Assembly: GCF_018350175.1 (NCBI RefSeq)
Contig: NC_058369.1
Coordinates: forward strand, 248,001-312,000
DNA: 64,000 nucleotides
Source of the DNA: Felis catus
Lineage: Eukaryota
Direction: 5' to 3'
Below, in pieces: positions 12,441 through 29,499 of this stretch. Numbering within the stretch: the first letter of the stretch is position 1; the number at the start of each line of letters is the position of its first letter. The notes below the pieces were generated by a model. It was not told the DNA's origin, did not search any database, and saw only the letters and a program-made list of their open reading frames with translations. The translations under genes and the position numbers were made by a program.

Positions 12441-15400
12441 CGGGAGGGCTTGGGGCTCCCCTCCCCCAGCCCCAAAGGGCCTGAAGGAGGGTCACCAGGA
12501 GGTCAGCAGAGCAGACGTGACTCCCTTTCACAATTGTCAAGAGTGGTCGTCTCGATGACGGCTGACACTTATTGAGCGCTTAGTGTCTACCTCTCGCCTC
12601 TTTGAATTCATGTGATAGCCCATTAATGTGTGTACTCTCACGCCCATTTTCCGGATGGGGGAGCTGAGGCGCAGTCACACAGCCCGTCGGTGGCCAAGTC
12701 AGGATTCGAACCGGAACCATCTATGTCCTGAAGCCCCAGAGAGGCGGGAGTGGGTTGGGGGGGGGGGGGTGGCAGGCCCCAGGACCTCCACCGGAAGTGT
12801 CAGATCCTCCCCAGCTTTGGCTTAGGCAGACGGGCCATTGGAGTCCCGTACCTGCTACTTGTTAGGGGATGCCAGGCAAGGAATATCCCCACCGCTGGCC
12901 TCAGTTTCTCCTTTTAGAAGACGGGTGCCAGAGTGCTGAGTTCCCAGAGCTGCCCCCTGGAAGGAACCAGCAAGTTCCCGGGGATGGGGGCCGGGGCCAT
13001 TCCCGCCCCCATTTAAGGGTGAAGGGATTGAGGGCTATCTGCCTTCCGACCCCACCCGGCAGCCCCACCCCAGCCCCGCATGAAGGGGAGAGCTGAGCCC
13101 CCTCCCCGAAGGCCGTGTCCCCAGGGAGATGTGAGCTCATGCAAGGAGAATGTTCCCAAGTTGGAGTGAGTAAGAGGCGGGCCAGGCAAGGGGGGGCTGC
13201 TGGGCGAGGGGGGCTCTGCGTGCCCTCGGGCCCTGTCTAGACAGAGGGCAGAGGCGGAGAGGGGGCTCCAGGGCCCACTGACCCCGGCATGTTGAGCTCT
13301 GAGTGTTTGACTGGTTGGGCAGGACGCCAGGCCTGGGCTGGGGGGCCTGGGGGCCTGGAGCAAGGTCGGGGGTGGGGTAGGAAGAGCTTCCCACCAAGAG
13401 TGAGGGTTGTGTGTGGGGGTAAGGCTCAGAGAGGAGGAAGAATCCCAGAGGGATCGAGAGCGGAGCTGGGATGGGAGCACCTGTGCAGGTCTCTGCCCCT
13501 CCTTCCCAAGTTGGGAGCAAAATCATCCCCTGTGTAATCACCGAGCACCAACTGTATGCATCCCCCGTGGGTGGGGAGCTGGGTGGAAGGCCTGGGCGTT
13601 GGGAGCGGCATAGGAGGGCACCTCTGGTCCAGTGGTCGCTGTCCCCCTTGTCCACAGGCGGCGTCTGCTGGCTCCAGCAGGGCCGAGAGGCCACCTGCAG
13701 TCTGGTGCTGCAGACTGACGTGAGCCAAGCCGAGTGTTGTGCCACCAGCAACATTGACACCGCCTGGTCCAACTTCACTCACCCGGGGAACAAGATCAGC
13801 CTTCTGGGCTTCTTGGGCCTTGTCCACTGCCTCCCCTGCAAAGGTGAGCTCCTGGGCATCAGCCACGGGTCAGGGTCACCGTGCAGCAGGTGGGGCAGCT
13901 GCGAATGAGCTCCCCACCTTGGGGGTATGGCTGTTAGGAAGGGTGTTTGTGGGGGGACCCGGGGCTCGGAGAGAGACAGGGGACCTGAGGTTCCAGGCCT
14001 CAGCCTCCCTCTGGTGAGGATTCAGGAAGAAGCTTGGAGGACTCCCCAGCTTGGTTTCTAGCCGCTAGGCCCTTGCCCGTGCTGAGCCCTCTGCCTGGTT
14101 GGCCTTTCCCAGCTGCACCCCACCTGGTAGACCCGACTCACACCCAAGTCCTAGGAAGATGGATTTTCCTAACTGGCCACTGGGGTTTGTGACTCCACAG
14201 GCAGTGCTCCCAAACACTTGATCTTCCCATCACCCCAGATTCCAGCGATCTGTGGTGGGGCCACAGATGCATGTCTCATAAGCGTGTCCCTTCTGGATCG
14301 TGTTCTGAGAAATGCCGCCTCTTTCTTCAGCCTAGGAGCTCTTTGAAGGCAGAATGATTGAGTGAATAAGCCAAGACATACTCTGTGCTCTGGAGAAGGG
14401 GTTGGGGATCCTCCCAGGCCTCTCTGGCCGGGGCTGAACCTGCAAGGGCCCAGAGGTAGTGTGAGGCATGGCTTGAAGGAAGTGGGCATTAGGACCAGGG
14501 TGTTGGAGTGTGATTAGGAGTTTGCCAGATGGAGAAAGTATGGGATCAGGCCCTAGTGGGTGGGGTCAGGGCAGGGGAGCAGGGAGGAGGCTGGAGCTGA
14601 GGGCCAAGCCCAGAGCCCAGCTGGCCACTGGGATGTGATTAATCCCCGCTCAGCCTGGCTGGGTGGTCTTGGACTCACTGCCATGTGCCCTGGCTGGCTC
14701 CCTCCAGAACCTACTCTGGGTTCTGGCAGGGGGAGGACAGACTTCAAAAAGTGCCTGGCCTGGGCATGAGAAGGTTCAGATCACCCCCCCCCCCCCACCA
14801 CCACATCTCATCTGGCCTTGGGGAAGGGAACTCAGTTCTCCCACTTCCTTTCTGCTTGTGAAGCCACCCAGGGGGAGCGTTTCCAGATGTGTGTGTGGGC
14901 AGGCAGTGTGGGAGGTGCCCAGGTGCGGCCCACATGCCCTGCCTCTGCCTGGTTGGGGGCACCAGTGCACCAGCTCATTTTATGCTCATGCTCCGCCTGT
15001 AAGGTGGGTACCCCAGTCAGCCTCACTTCCACACAGGGAAACTGAGGCTGAACTCAAGAGCTCAAGTCTGCCCTCCAGGTCCACAAGCAACAGAGGTGGG
15101 GGGTTCCATCTGGGGCCTGGCCTGGAATTCTCATGCTGAGGGGCCCCTGGCTCTCCTCCACTCACAGCTGTGACAGGGCCTCGATTTCCCCCTTCTGTAA
15201 AATGCTAATGAAGTGTCATCACCTCCTAGGGGTGGTTGAGAGACCGCAAGCAGCCTGGGAGGGCCTGTGAGAGGAGCAGCGCAGTAATAGGTCTGGGGGG
15301 GGGGGGGGGGGAGGGAAGACCCCAGGGAGAGACTTGCCCTGGCCAGACCTGTTTCCCTGCCTGAGAAATAGGGCTGGCGGGGAGGGGTATCCCCTGGGCT

Positions 15401-16965
15401 CACTGGGCTCGGGATGTGGGAAGCCCCCTCCCCAGAAAATGAGCCTCAGGCCAGGTGCCAACGCCCCACCCTCCCCGACGGCTCCTCTGGGTTGGTCCTG
15501 GCAGGCCCGGGGAACAGACGCGGCCGGTCCTCCCCAGGCCCGCTCCTGGACGGGGTGGGGCCCCCCTCTGATGACGCAGCCGGGCCCCGCGCCGGCCTTC
15601 CCATAACCGCGCGTAAATCAGGGAACGGACGCCAGCCCCAGCGGGTGGCCCAGCTGCGGAGCGACACCGGGACTGGGTACTGGAAGCTCGTTCCTGGACC
15701 CCCAGAACCGAGCGGAAACAACCCACTCCCGCCCGTTCCGAGCCCCAACTCCAGACAGAACCCCAAGCCCAGGCGCAGCCTCGACTCCCGGTCCACCGGG
15801 ACCGTGGCTGATCTCGTCCCCAACGGATCCCGCACCCAGACTCTGAACCAGTCGTCCTCTCCGGGGTTCCCGGACTCCCGCCCGGCCTCCGGCGTCGGAG
15901 CAGGGACGGGGTGCCGTGGGCTCCGAGGACGCCCGGCCTCGGCCACGCACCTCTCCACCACCGCCACCGCCACCGCCACCACCACCACCACGCGCGCGTG
16001 CCCTGTGTCCGCAGATTCGTGCGAGGGCGTGGAGTGCGGCCCCGGCAAGACGTGCCGCATGCAGGGGGGCCGCCCGCGCTGCGAGTGCGCGCCCGACTGC
16101 GCTGGGCTCCCGGCGCGCCTGCAGGTCTGCGGCTCCGACGGCGCCACCTACCGCGACGAGTGCGAGCTGCGCGCCGCGCGCTGCCGCGGCCACCCGGACC
16201 TGCGCGTCATGTACCCAGGACGCTGCCGCAGTACGTGAGGGCGGGGTGGGGGCGGGGCCTGCGGGGGGCGGGGCCTGGCGGCGCTCTGAGGGAGGGGCCT
16301 AGCGAAGGGACAGCGCCGCCGGATTGGGTCTTCTGCCGGGGTCGGTCGGAAAGAGGAAAAGCGGGGTGGGGTTTCGGGAAGGGAGGCTCACATGGGGTGC
16401 GAGATTGGGGTGCGTGACTCAGGGAGGGGCTTGCGGGTGCAACCAGAGGGGCGGGGCCTGGGTGTGGAACGAGAGTGGGCGGGGCGCGCGGAAGGGGTGT
16501 GGCTTCCGGCGCGGCCGGGGGCGGGGCCTGCGGGTGGAACCTGCGGCGGGCTGGCCCCCGCCCCTGACCGGTCCTGGCTCCCCGCTCGCAGAGTCGTGCG
16601 CGCACGTGATGTGCCCGCGCCCGCAGTCGTGCGTGGTGGACCAGACCGGCAGCGCCCACTGCGTGGTGTGTCGCGCGGCGCCCTGTCCCGCGCCCTCCAG
16701 CCCCGGCCAGGAGCTCTGCGGCAACAACAACGTCACCTACATGTCCTCGTGTCACCTCCGTCAGGCCACCTGCTTCCTGGGCCGCTCCATCGGCGTGCGC
16801 CACCCGGGCAGCTGTGCAGGTGTGGCGCGGAGCGGGGAGCAGCGGTGGGGCCCAACCTCCCGCCCCTCTCCGCGCCCCCACTTTTCTTTTCGTCCCTCCC
16901 GCTCTTCAGGCACCCCTGAGCCGTCGGATGCGGAGTCGGAGTCAGAGGAGGAGAACTTCGTGTGA
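12202..16965 (+). CDS. FSTL3: Follistatin-like 3 (activin/myostatin antagonist), join(12202..12304,13658..13843,16015..16230,16592..16819,16910..16965), 262 aa
   Basis: Exon lengths 103+186+216+228+56 = 789 nt, all GT-AG, frame continuous. Signal peptide [21 protein letters not shown]-like N domain, two follistatin/Kazal domains ([16 protein letters not shown]) and acidic tail EEENFV. Confidence 0.98.
13658..13843 (+). CDS. FSTL3: FSTL3 exon 2 (N-terminal domain)
   Basis: ccacag|gc ... aaag|gtgagc; [17 protein letters not shown]...HCLPCK. Confidence 0.97.
16015..16230 (+). CDS. FSTL3: FSTL3 exon 3 (follistatin domain 1)
   Basis: ccgcag|at ... cgca|gtacgt; [12 protein letters not shown]...YPGRCR. 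Confidence 0.97.
16592..16819 (+). CDS. FSTL3: FSTL3 exon 4 (follistatin domain 2)
   Basis: tcgcag|ag ... gcag|gtgtgg; [14 protein letters not shown]...HPGSCA. Confidence 0.97.
16910..16965 (+). CDS. FSTL3: FSTL3 exon 5 coding part
   Basis: cttcag|gc; [18 protein letters not shown] then TGA. Confidence 0.95.
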
Positions 16966-18051
16966 GCCCGTGGGGCCGGCTTGGGCCTGGCGTTCAAGGC
17001 CTCCCCGTTTTATTTATTGCCACAGCCGAGTCTAATTTATGTCCCAGGGACACTCCCCAGAGCCTGGGCCGGGACCACTTAGGAGGAGCCCTGGAGCCCC
17101 CTGACAATACCTTGGAAGGATTGGGGGAAGGGGGCCTGGGAGTGGGGCTGGTAGGTGGGGCTCCCACTCCAGGCAGGAGGACCCCATGCTTCTGCTCTAG
17201 GGGTTAGCTTAAATTATGGTCACCACGGAGAGGGCTGGGGATTGCCTGCCAGCAATTAATGAAGAGGCACCCCCGCCTTCTAGACCGCAGACTGGGAGTA
17301 ACGAAGGGGTCCACAGCCCGGATGTGTATAAATGAGCCGCAGAACCTCCCAGGCCCCAGGTAGGCCAAGGAAGCAGCCACTGTCCACAAGCAGCTCAAGG
17401 ACTCCAGGCCCTACCTTCTCAGTGCCTCCATTTCCATTTCCCCAGGACGTCCTGTGGTGGCTCCTGAGAAGAGCCCAGTGTGTCTCCCAGGGTGGGAGAG
17501 GCCAGAAGAGAGCACTGTGTGTCGTGGTGCCCAGTGCACTTTGGGCGGGACCCAGTGGGGCCCACAAAGAGCCCCTGCTCACCCACCGTGGGGTTTGTGT
17601 GCCAAGGCCGACTGCACACCCTGCCTCCTAGAGCTGTGTGTCTTAGCGGCACCCCTCGTCCCTGCTGCTCCATCCGAAGGGAAGGTCCAGACTGGGACCC
17701 CTCGGTCCCATGAGACTTGCCTTGGCCAAGCCTCTAAGCCCAGTTTCCAGGTGGACCCACCTCAACCACCAGCCGGCCGAGAGTTTTGACACCTGCCAGA
17801 TGCTGGCTCTGGGCAGGGTCGCTGCCTTCTGTTTGCTCAGTGTCACCTCCCCGTGTCTGCATGTGGCAGAGGCTCAGACCGGACATGGGGGGCCCAACAG
17901 GCAGGAGCCCACCTCCCCGAGTTTGCAGTGAGCCGTGCAGGGGCCAGTTGTTTTCGTCCTCTCCTGGCCCCCCGGAAGTGCCTTACCTGTGACACCCAGA
18001 AAAGTGCCCTTGAGGCCACCTCCGCACCCTGGGGTCCTGCCTCACCAAAGA

Positions 18052-18057
18052 AATAAA
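18052..18057 (+). terminator. FSTL3 poly(A) signal AATAAA
   Basis: First AATAAA I see after the stop, about 1.1 kb downstream. Confidence 0.75.
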
Positions 18058-18933
18058 GACTATAAAAAGCCACTTTGGAGTGTCCGAGCCTTGGTTTGCC
18101 TCTCTCTGAGCCTCTGTGCAGTCTCCTTTTGCTAGTGCTTGCACCCAGTCGGAAGCCTAGGGTGCTGTGAGGGTGGTGAGTGGGGGGCTCTGGGAGCGTC
18201 TGGGGGAGATACCTTCTGTCTCTGGGCCTCAGTGTCCACCTCTGGGCAGTGGGCAGCAGTCAGGGAGAGGGCTGAGGTAGGTGAGGTGCAGGGTGAGGCC
18301 GGGGGGAGAAAGGAAGCCTTCGTAGGGCAGGAGACAGACGAGGCAGTCAAGATGGCTTAGGGCACTCCGGAGAAGCCAGCGGGTTTAGGCTCCAGAAACA
18401 GAGGCCTGGCCTGGAAGGGCTGGAGGTGTGATGGTCGCCATAACACCGTTAAAAATAATACGACGACCATAACACCAGCTGGGACTTACCCAGACGTGGC
18501 CATATGCCAGCACTTTCTTCAGTGAATAACAGACTTCACGTGGGGCCAGGCCAGCCTGAGACTCTACACAGAGGACCAGGAGACCCCCCCCCCCATCCCC
18601 ATTGGTTTCCCCATCTATGCCTGGGTGTGGTTAGCTGGAGGCCGAGGGGGAGATGTGCTAGGCTGGGCCACTGCTTGGGCAAAGGCCAAGAGTCTGTCCT
18701 GAGTGCAGGCTGTCGGGTGGGGGTCAGTAAATCCAGAAGGGCCGGTGGTGAGAAGGGCGGGGAGGGGCCTGGGTCCCGAAGCCAGAGGACCAGATGAAGC
18801 CTCTGAGCAAGCAGCTCACGGTGTCAGGGAGGCTGTGGCCGGGCCAGACCCTTGGCCTCGCTGAGACAGCAACTCGAAGGATCGTGGATGGGCCCTGGAG
18901 GTGAACCATCGTGTCTGGTTATTCAGTTAACAT

Positions 18934-18939
18934 TTTATT
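18934..18939 (-). terminator. PRSS57 poly(A) signal AATAAA
   Basis: tttatt on the plus strand, about 190 nt past the PRSS57 stop. Confidence 0.75.
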
Positions 18940-19127
18940 TGGTCATTTTGGCCCTTTGCATTTGGAACCGATGCCCTCTCTACCCCACCCACCCTCCACC
19001 CCACGGATACACCAGGCTTCCTGGAGTTTGGGGGGCCCACGGATGCCCTGCCCCAGCCATGGAATTTCCAGGCAGGAGCTATCTGAATCATTTACCACCT
19101 CATTTGTGTACCCCGTGCTGTTGTGGT

Positions 19128-23371
<4,244 letters not shown>

Positions 23372-26300
23372 GGCTGTCACCGGCTGGTGGCTCCCTCAGA
23401 GCTCTGCGGGACACGGCCCGGAAAGGGGGAACCTGGCTGTGGCCTGTGGTGGGAGGTCGGCCAGGCCACACCAGCAACGCCCAGTTCGGTGCTGGCGCCT
23501 CTGGGAGGCCTCGGGCCGTTGACGGTCCCAGCCGTCCGGGAGGCCAGGACGCAGGGCGGCGAGGGGACGAGCGCGGCTCTAGGAACTGCCCGCCTGGGGC
23601 GAAGCCTGGCTCTGCAGGGCCCGGAGGTGACCCCAGAGGCCACTTACCGCCCCGTGCCTCGGTTTATCCAGCATCTGCCCACGGAGCATGTGCAGGGAGC
23701 TTCCTGCAGCGGCCAGGACCCGGCCGACAGGCATCGTGCCCCCAGCTGCCTCCTGGGCGTGTGGGGCCGCCTCTCCAGCCGGACGGGGTCTGGCCCCATT
23801 GCCACCTGCTCCCCCTCTGCAACTCCGGCACCGACCTCAGGGCTGCGAGTTCCCCGGAAAGCCCTGAGACGGTTGCTGCCTTTGTTGCACTTACCGAGTG
23901 CCTACTGTATACAGCCTCTGGCAGGAGCTGGAGATAGGAGTGTGGCAGTGACCGAGGGCCCCCGCCCCAGGTGCCCCTCCCACTCTGCCGGCCAGGCCAC
24001 CTCGAGGAGCCGGGGTGGTGGCCGTCCAGCTGGCCATCACAGGGCAGTAGGGTGAGGCCATGTGATGCTGGAGGCCGGCGGGCAGGTTCCGGTGTCACGG
24101 GCTGTGGGCCCACACCGAGGGGGCTGAGGTTTCCGTTTTGGGGGGTGTGGGGACAGGGCGCTAAGGCTGGAGCCCCCAGACCCACAGCCCATCCCCACCC
24201 CTCCCTTAGGCCCCGGCCGCTCACCCAGCCTCCCCATGGTGCGCGGCCGCAGCAGCACGGCTGGGAAGTGTCCTCACCCAGCTCCCGGGACGCCACGAAG
24301 ACGTCTCAGTGGGGCACCGTCTTGCGCCCCCTATGGTACCACCTCTCAGGGTCCCTGCGAGTCGGGAGCCTGTGACCGCACCCCCAGCTGCTGCCCAGAC
24401 TCGAACTTGCCCTGCATGTCTGTGTGACCTCCCGGGGCCGCTGGGACCCGTCACCACACGCCGGTTCTGACAGCTCTGGGCTCAGAAGTCCTGACACCCA
24501 GGCGGGGGCAGGGCTGCTCCCCCCAGGGCCCCAGGGAGCCCCGTCTCCCCCCTTTCCAGCTTCCAGAGCAGCACGGGGTCCGCCCGGCTCTCTGCCTCCC
24601 TCTCGTGAGGACCTCGTGAGGACACCGGGCCCCCCGAGCCCCCAGGTCACCCCCGCCTGGTGATACGACAGGTGCCTGGTCCCGGGACCAGGACAGGGAC
24701 GTCTTTGGGGCCGCACTTAGCGCCCCCCGGTCCATGTGTGTCATCACCCCATTTCACAGACAAGGTCCAGAGCCGCGAAAGCAGTGGGGTGAGGGGGAAC
24801 CAGCTGGCCTGGAGGAGGCCCCCGGCCCATCTGGGTTTGAGCCCCGTGAGGCCCACTGATCAGGTACTAAGTGAATGTCTCGCTAAGCCACCGTGTCCGT
24901 GTCCGTGGTGACCCGTCAGACCAGCCGGAGAACCAGCCCGGCCGGGAGAACCGCGGGAAGAAACCACAAGGTCAGAGTCACGGTTGTTTCTGCCAGCGTC
25001 AGACCCCATGTGGCCACCCAGAGCCCTGCGGTGGCCGTTTCCGTGAGGGGCCACGTGGGGCCCTGTCTGCTCTGGGGCTGCCCCAGACCTCAGTCAGTCC
25101 CCCTGGCCACACTCCTCCTGAGGCGCTGGGGGGGGAGGGCATGGCCCAAAGCTGCAGGGGTCCCGTTCGGTCCTACAACCTGAGGTGGTCGGCATTGTTT
25201 GTACCCCCGTGACCGATGGAGAGACCGATACGCAGAGAGGGCAAGTGCCTTGGCCAAGGTCACACAGCGAGGGAAGTAGGGGGTCAGGGCTGCGGCCTCA
25301 GGCCGGCCCCTGTTGCCTCTGCTGACAGCTAGGCCTGTTTCCTTCCCATCCGGTGAAAGATTATGAAACAAATAACCGTCCTTCCTGGTCAAACAAGCGA
25401 GCTTCCCAAAGCCCCGAGGAGCGGGTCAGGGGTCAGTGTTTCCGTTTCCCAAACTGAGGCCCAGAGAGGGGAGCCTGACTTGTCTGGGCTGCCCAGCACA
25501 GGGTCCGACACCACAGCTCTGGACTTCAGTCCTTGAAGGGTCTTCCCGCAGAAAATTTGGGTGGCTTTCCTGGTCAGAGCAGGCTCAGCCATGACGATGG
25601 TGACAATGATGGTGATGATAATGACAGCTCCCTTTACTGAACGCTTACTTTCGTCACGGATCTGTTGGAGCTCTTTGTACGTCGAGGAGATTAACTCACG
25701 GTCAGATGGATTTCTTCTCCTGAGCGAGCTTGGATCGGGTGCCGAGAACCCAGCCTCCCCGGGGGTGCACGTGGATTCTGATGACGTGCAGAGGGGACCC
25801 AGGGCCCACGCGGCCAGAGCCGGTGGCTCTGTCAGACCTCGAATGCTCCCGTCTCCCTAACCTTCGGAAGCTGGAGCTCCCAGGGCCGTCCCACGAGCAG
25901 GCCCAGTCTACCCAGGTCCGGCGGCCCCAGCCCTGAGGGTGCCCAGCCCTGAGGGTGCACCCTGAGGGTGCGTTCACCCCTCAGCCCGGGCCAGGGTGTG
26001 GAGGCCGGCTCAGGAGGCGCACAGCCCCTTTCGGCGGCAGCAGGGTGGTAGGAGAGGTTCTCGCGGCCAGGAGAGGCGGTGGGGGTGTGTCTGGAGCCAC
26101 GGGAAACGGGAGAAAAGCTCACAATCTTCCCAGAAGACGGCGGGCGCGGCGTCGGGGCCCGGGGAGCCCAGCTGGCCCGCCTGTGCCGGGGCCTCGGCGG
26201 TTAGCGGGACGGTAGCAGCACTTAGAAGGGCCCAGGCCGGCAGGCATCCCTCGACGACGCTTTTGCTTCCCTCACTCAGTTGAACGAGCATTCCAAGGAA

Positions 26301-28099
26301 GCCGCGTCTGATTTCTTGACACGGATGGTGCGCCCGCCGCCAGGCCCAACGACACCCCGCGTCCCCGCAGCGCCTCTCAGGACTCGGCCCTGGCGAGCGT
26401 GGGGCTGCGACGCACGTGCCTGCCTCGCGCGGACCCTCCCTGGCCCCGCGCCTAAAGGCCTGGCAGAGAAGGGGTGCGGGGTGGGCGCCTCGTACGGGGG
26501 GATCCTTGAGCGAGCCCTGCCTCCAGTGGGTAAACCGAGGCTTGAGGCCCCAAGCCCCACCACCTCTGCCCGCCTCGTCTGCCTTCATGGCTCCAGATTT
26601 CCATCTGGGGAGGGCACTGGGGAAAGCAGCCTGGCCAGAGCTGCCCCCCGCCCCCCCACGCCTGGGGCACAGGTGACCCTGGGGCATCTCGAGATGCCCA
26701 GCGAAGGGTCAGCGAGGGGCTGGGTGCCCACCGGCCAGCTGCAGTAGTGCCTGCCATCCTCCCCACGGGGCGGGGCGGTGGTCACAGTGCCCGGCAGGAG
26801 GCAGGAAGCCACTCATCCCACGGCTGTTTACTGAGCACCGGGGACACAGCAGCAGGGAAGACAGGCCAGTGTGTGCCCGGTGGACCGAGCAGATGATGTC
26901 GTCTGCCAGAAACACTAGGTGGTAAGACAGTGGCCAGAGAAGGACGGGGAAGGGGGTAGGGCTTTAAAACAGGGAAGCCTGGAGACCCAGTAACAGTGGA
27001 CAAGTGGGGAAGGTCCTCCTGGAGGTGGGCACAGAGGGTGCAAACAAGGGATGTTGGGATGCGGGTGGGGGAGGTGAAGGGAGGGCCGGGCTTGGCAGGG
27101 CTCAGCTGGACCCGGGATTAGGCTGCCGGGTCCTGGGGAGCCACAGCAGGCGTCTGATGGGGACAGTGGCGTCCACAGAGTAAGCAGGGAGACCTGGGAG
27201 GCTCCGGGGCTGGGAGGCGGGGGGGTGACAGGACACAAGGCCCAAGCTAGGGTCATGGCTGGGGAAGGTGAGGGCGTCTCTGACTCAGTGACAGGGGATG
27301 GGTGGGCTCTGGGGGCCGGCACAGAGCCCGGCATGAGAGAGTCCTGAAGTCCCAGGGCCTCAGAGGACGTCCGGGGGTGGGGATGGGGCGGGGGGCGGGC
27401 AGGAGCTCAGGACAGGGGCTGCTGGGCAGAGCCCTGGTGGGGTGGGGGGGGGCACGCCCAGGACAAGCAGGGGGAAGGAGTGCCATCAGGGACACGGTGG
27501 GTGCAAGTGGCCGGGGGAGGTGTGGCCCGAGGGTCCAGTAACCATGCCCCGGACTGGGATGGGGGCTGCAGGGTGCCGAGCGGAGAGGAGGGGGGTGGGT
27601 GATGCGGCCGCCTCTTGGGGAGAACGCGCAGCTCTGGCCCACGGCACACCCCGCCCTGCCCACCTCCCGGCCATCGCCTGCCACATGTGCCACCGGGGAT
27701 GCCCACCCACCGTCTCTGCCTCATCTCCCTGTCTCCTGTGGCACCACCTCCGGGCTGGCCCCCTGGAAGCGGTCTGGGGATGTCGGGGTCTCTGTTGGGG
27801 ACCCCGAGAGCCTCAGGGAGGACTTTGCTTTCGATCTGAGGGAGGCGGGCACCCTGGGACGTTTAGGGCTGGCGAGGGACAGGAATGGCTTGTCACCTGC
27901 CCCTCTCCATCCGTACGCTCTCCTTTCCCTCCGGTCCCTGAACAAAACGCGAGCCTCAAAGCTTGCATCATTTACGTAGTAGACAAAAAGCGCCCCCTCT
28001 CCGAGGACAAGGCTTCTGCAACTCTGGCACCTAACAGCATCAGGGGCTCAAGAAATGTTTGGGGGCGTGGCGGACACAGAGGCAGAGGGGTAGCGGTGA

Positions 28100-28329
28100 A
28101 CGCACGCACGGCCCGCTTTTGCCGAGCCCCTAGCGCAGGGTCAGACCGGCCGAGCACCTGTTACATAAACAAAGTTTTATTGGCACACGGCCCCACGGGT
28201 GCACCTGTGTGCTGCCTCTGGCCGCTCTCCCGCTGCCATGGCAGAGTCCAGTCCTTGCGACACAGATCGGCCTGCAATGCTGAAAAGTGCTTACTACCTG
28301 GCCCTTTACGGAAAAAGTGCCAAGCCCTG
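28100..28329 (+). mobile_element. MER58A-like hAT-Charlie MITE
   Basis: aaacaaagttttattggcacac...ggcagagtccagtccttgcgacacag...ctggccctttacggaaaaagtgccaagccctg follows the recalled MER58A consensus. Confidence 0.75.
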
Positions 28330-29499
28330 AGTGGGCATGTGCCTGAGTGGGAACAATGCTGTTCCAAGGCATCGTGTATATTCGCTCCATCAACCCTCCC
28401 AGCGGTCCTAGGACGGGGGAAATAAGGCCCAGAGAGGTTAAGAAACGGACCCAAGGGCACACAGGATACGCGGAGCTGAGCTGGCACTCAACCCCAGGGC
28501 TCCCGGGCTTCTCGGGACTGTTTTCTTTGCTCTAGGCTTGCTATTTTATCTCACTGGTTTAATGCTAAGCAGATGCACGTCCGTTGTAAAGAGAGAGAGG
28601 CAAAGACCCACAAAAGGAAAGGTGTCGATGTCCCTCCCCATTCAGAGCTCATTCAAGGTTGTTTCTTTCTACACGCACACACCCACCCCTTCATTGAGCC
28701 CCTGCTGAGTGGAGGGAAGAACCGACTTCCCCCCACTCCAGACCCCACTACATGTTCAGGGTCAGGGGCTAGTGTTCTCGTGAGAGCCTGGTAAGTTGGG
28801 GCCATGGTCTGCACGTTGGTGGGCACAGGTCCTGCCTCACTCCCAGTCTGTGGGGCCCACCTGGTGACACTGGCATCATGAAGGACTCAAGACAAACTAC
28901 GGGGGACCAAGGAGACAGCGGGGCATCTAGCTGCTTCTTTGGGCCACCTGCACCTGCTCCCCACATCCTCCTGTCCAGGCCTCCCCACCACTAGCCCAGG
29001 CCGGGCCTCACACTGAACCCCACCCGATGTCACCCTTGTCATCTCTCCAACCCTGTCTGTGTCATCGTGTCCTTCCAGGGGGTCCCCAGAAGACAGGGGG
29101 ACCCCAGTACTTGTCATCCCACGTCCCATCTGGTGGCAATCTTGTTGGCTCCCCTTTCAGAATCCGTCCAGCCTCCAAGCCCCCTCTCTTTGCTGTCCTT
29201 AATCCCCTCCTGGCAGCAGGAAAGGCCTTCACAAAAATAAGTAAAACAGGCTGAATCCTCTCCTGCTCTAAACTCTGCTATGGCTCCCCAGTGCCCCCAG
29301 GACAAAGCCTGCATTCCGTGTGGTCTCTGACCGGCCCCTTCCTTCACTCTGGCCGCCTGGGCCTGCAGTGTGGCTAAGGGGGGGGGGGGGGGGCGGTGCG
29401 GGGCTGATTAAACGTACCGACTGTCCTCCAGCCACAGGACCAGGCCCAGCGCTGGGGAAGCGCGCAGCTGTTACCCTCCTCGGCCAGGTCTGGCTGCCT

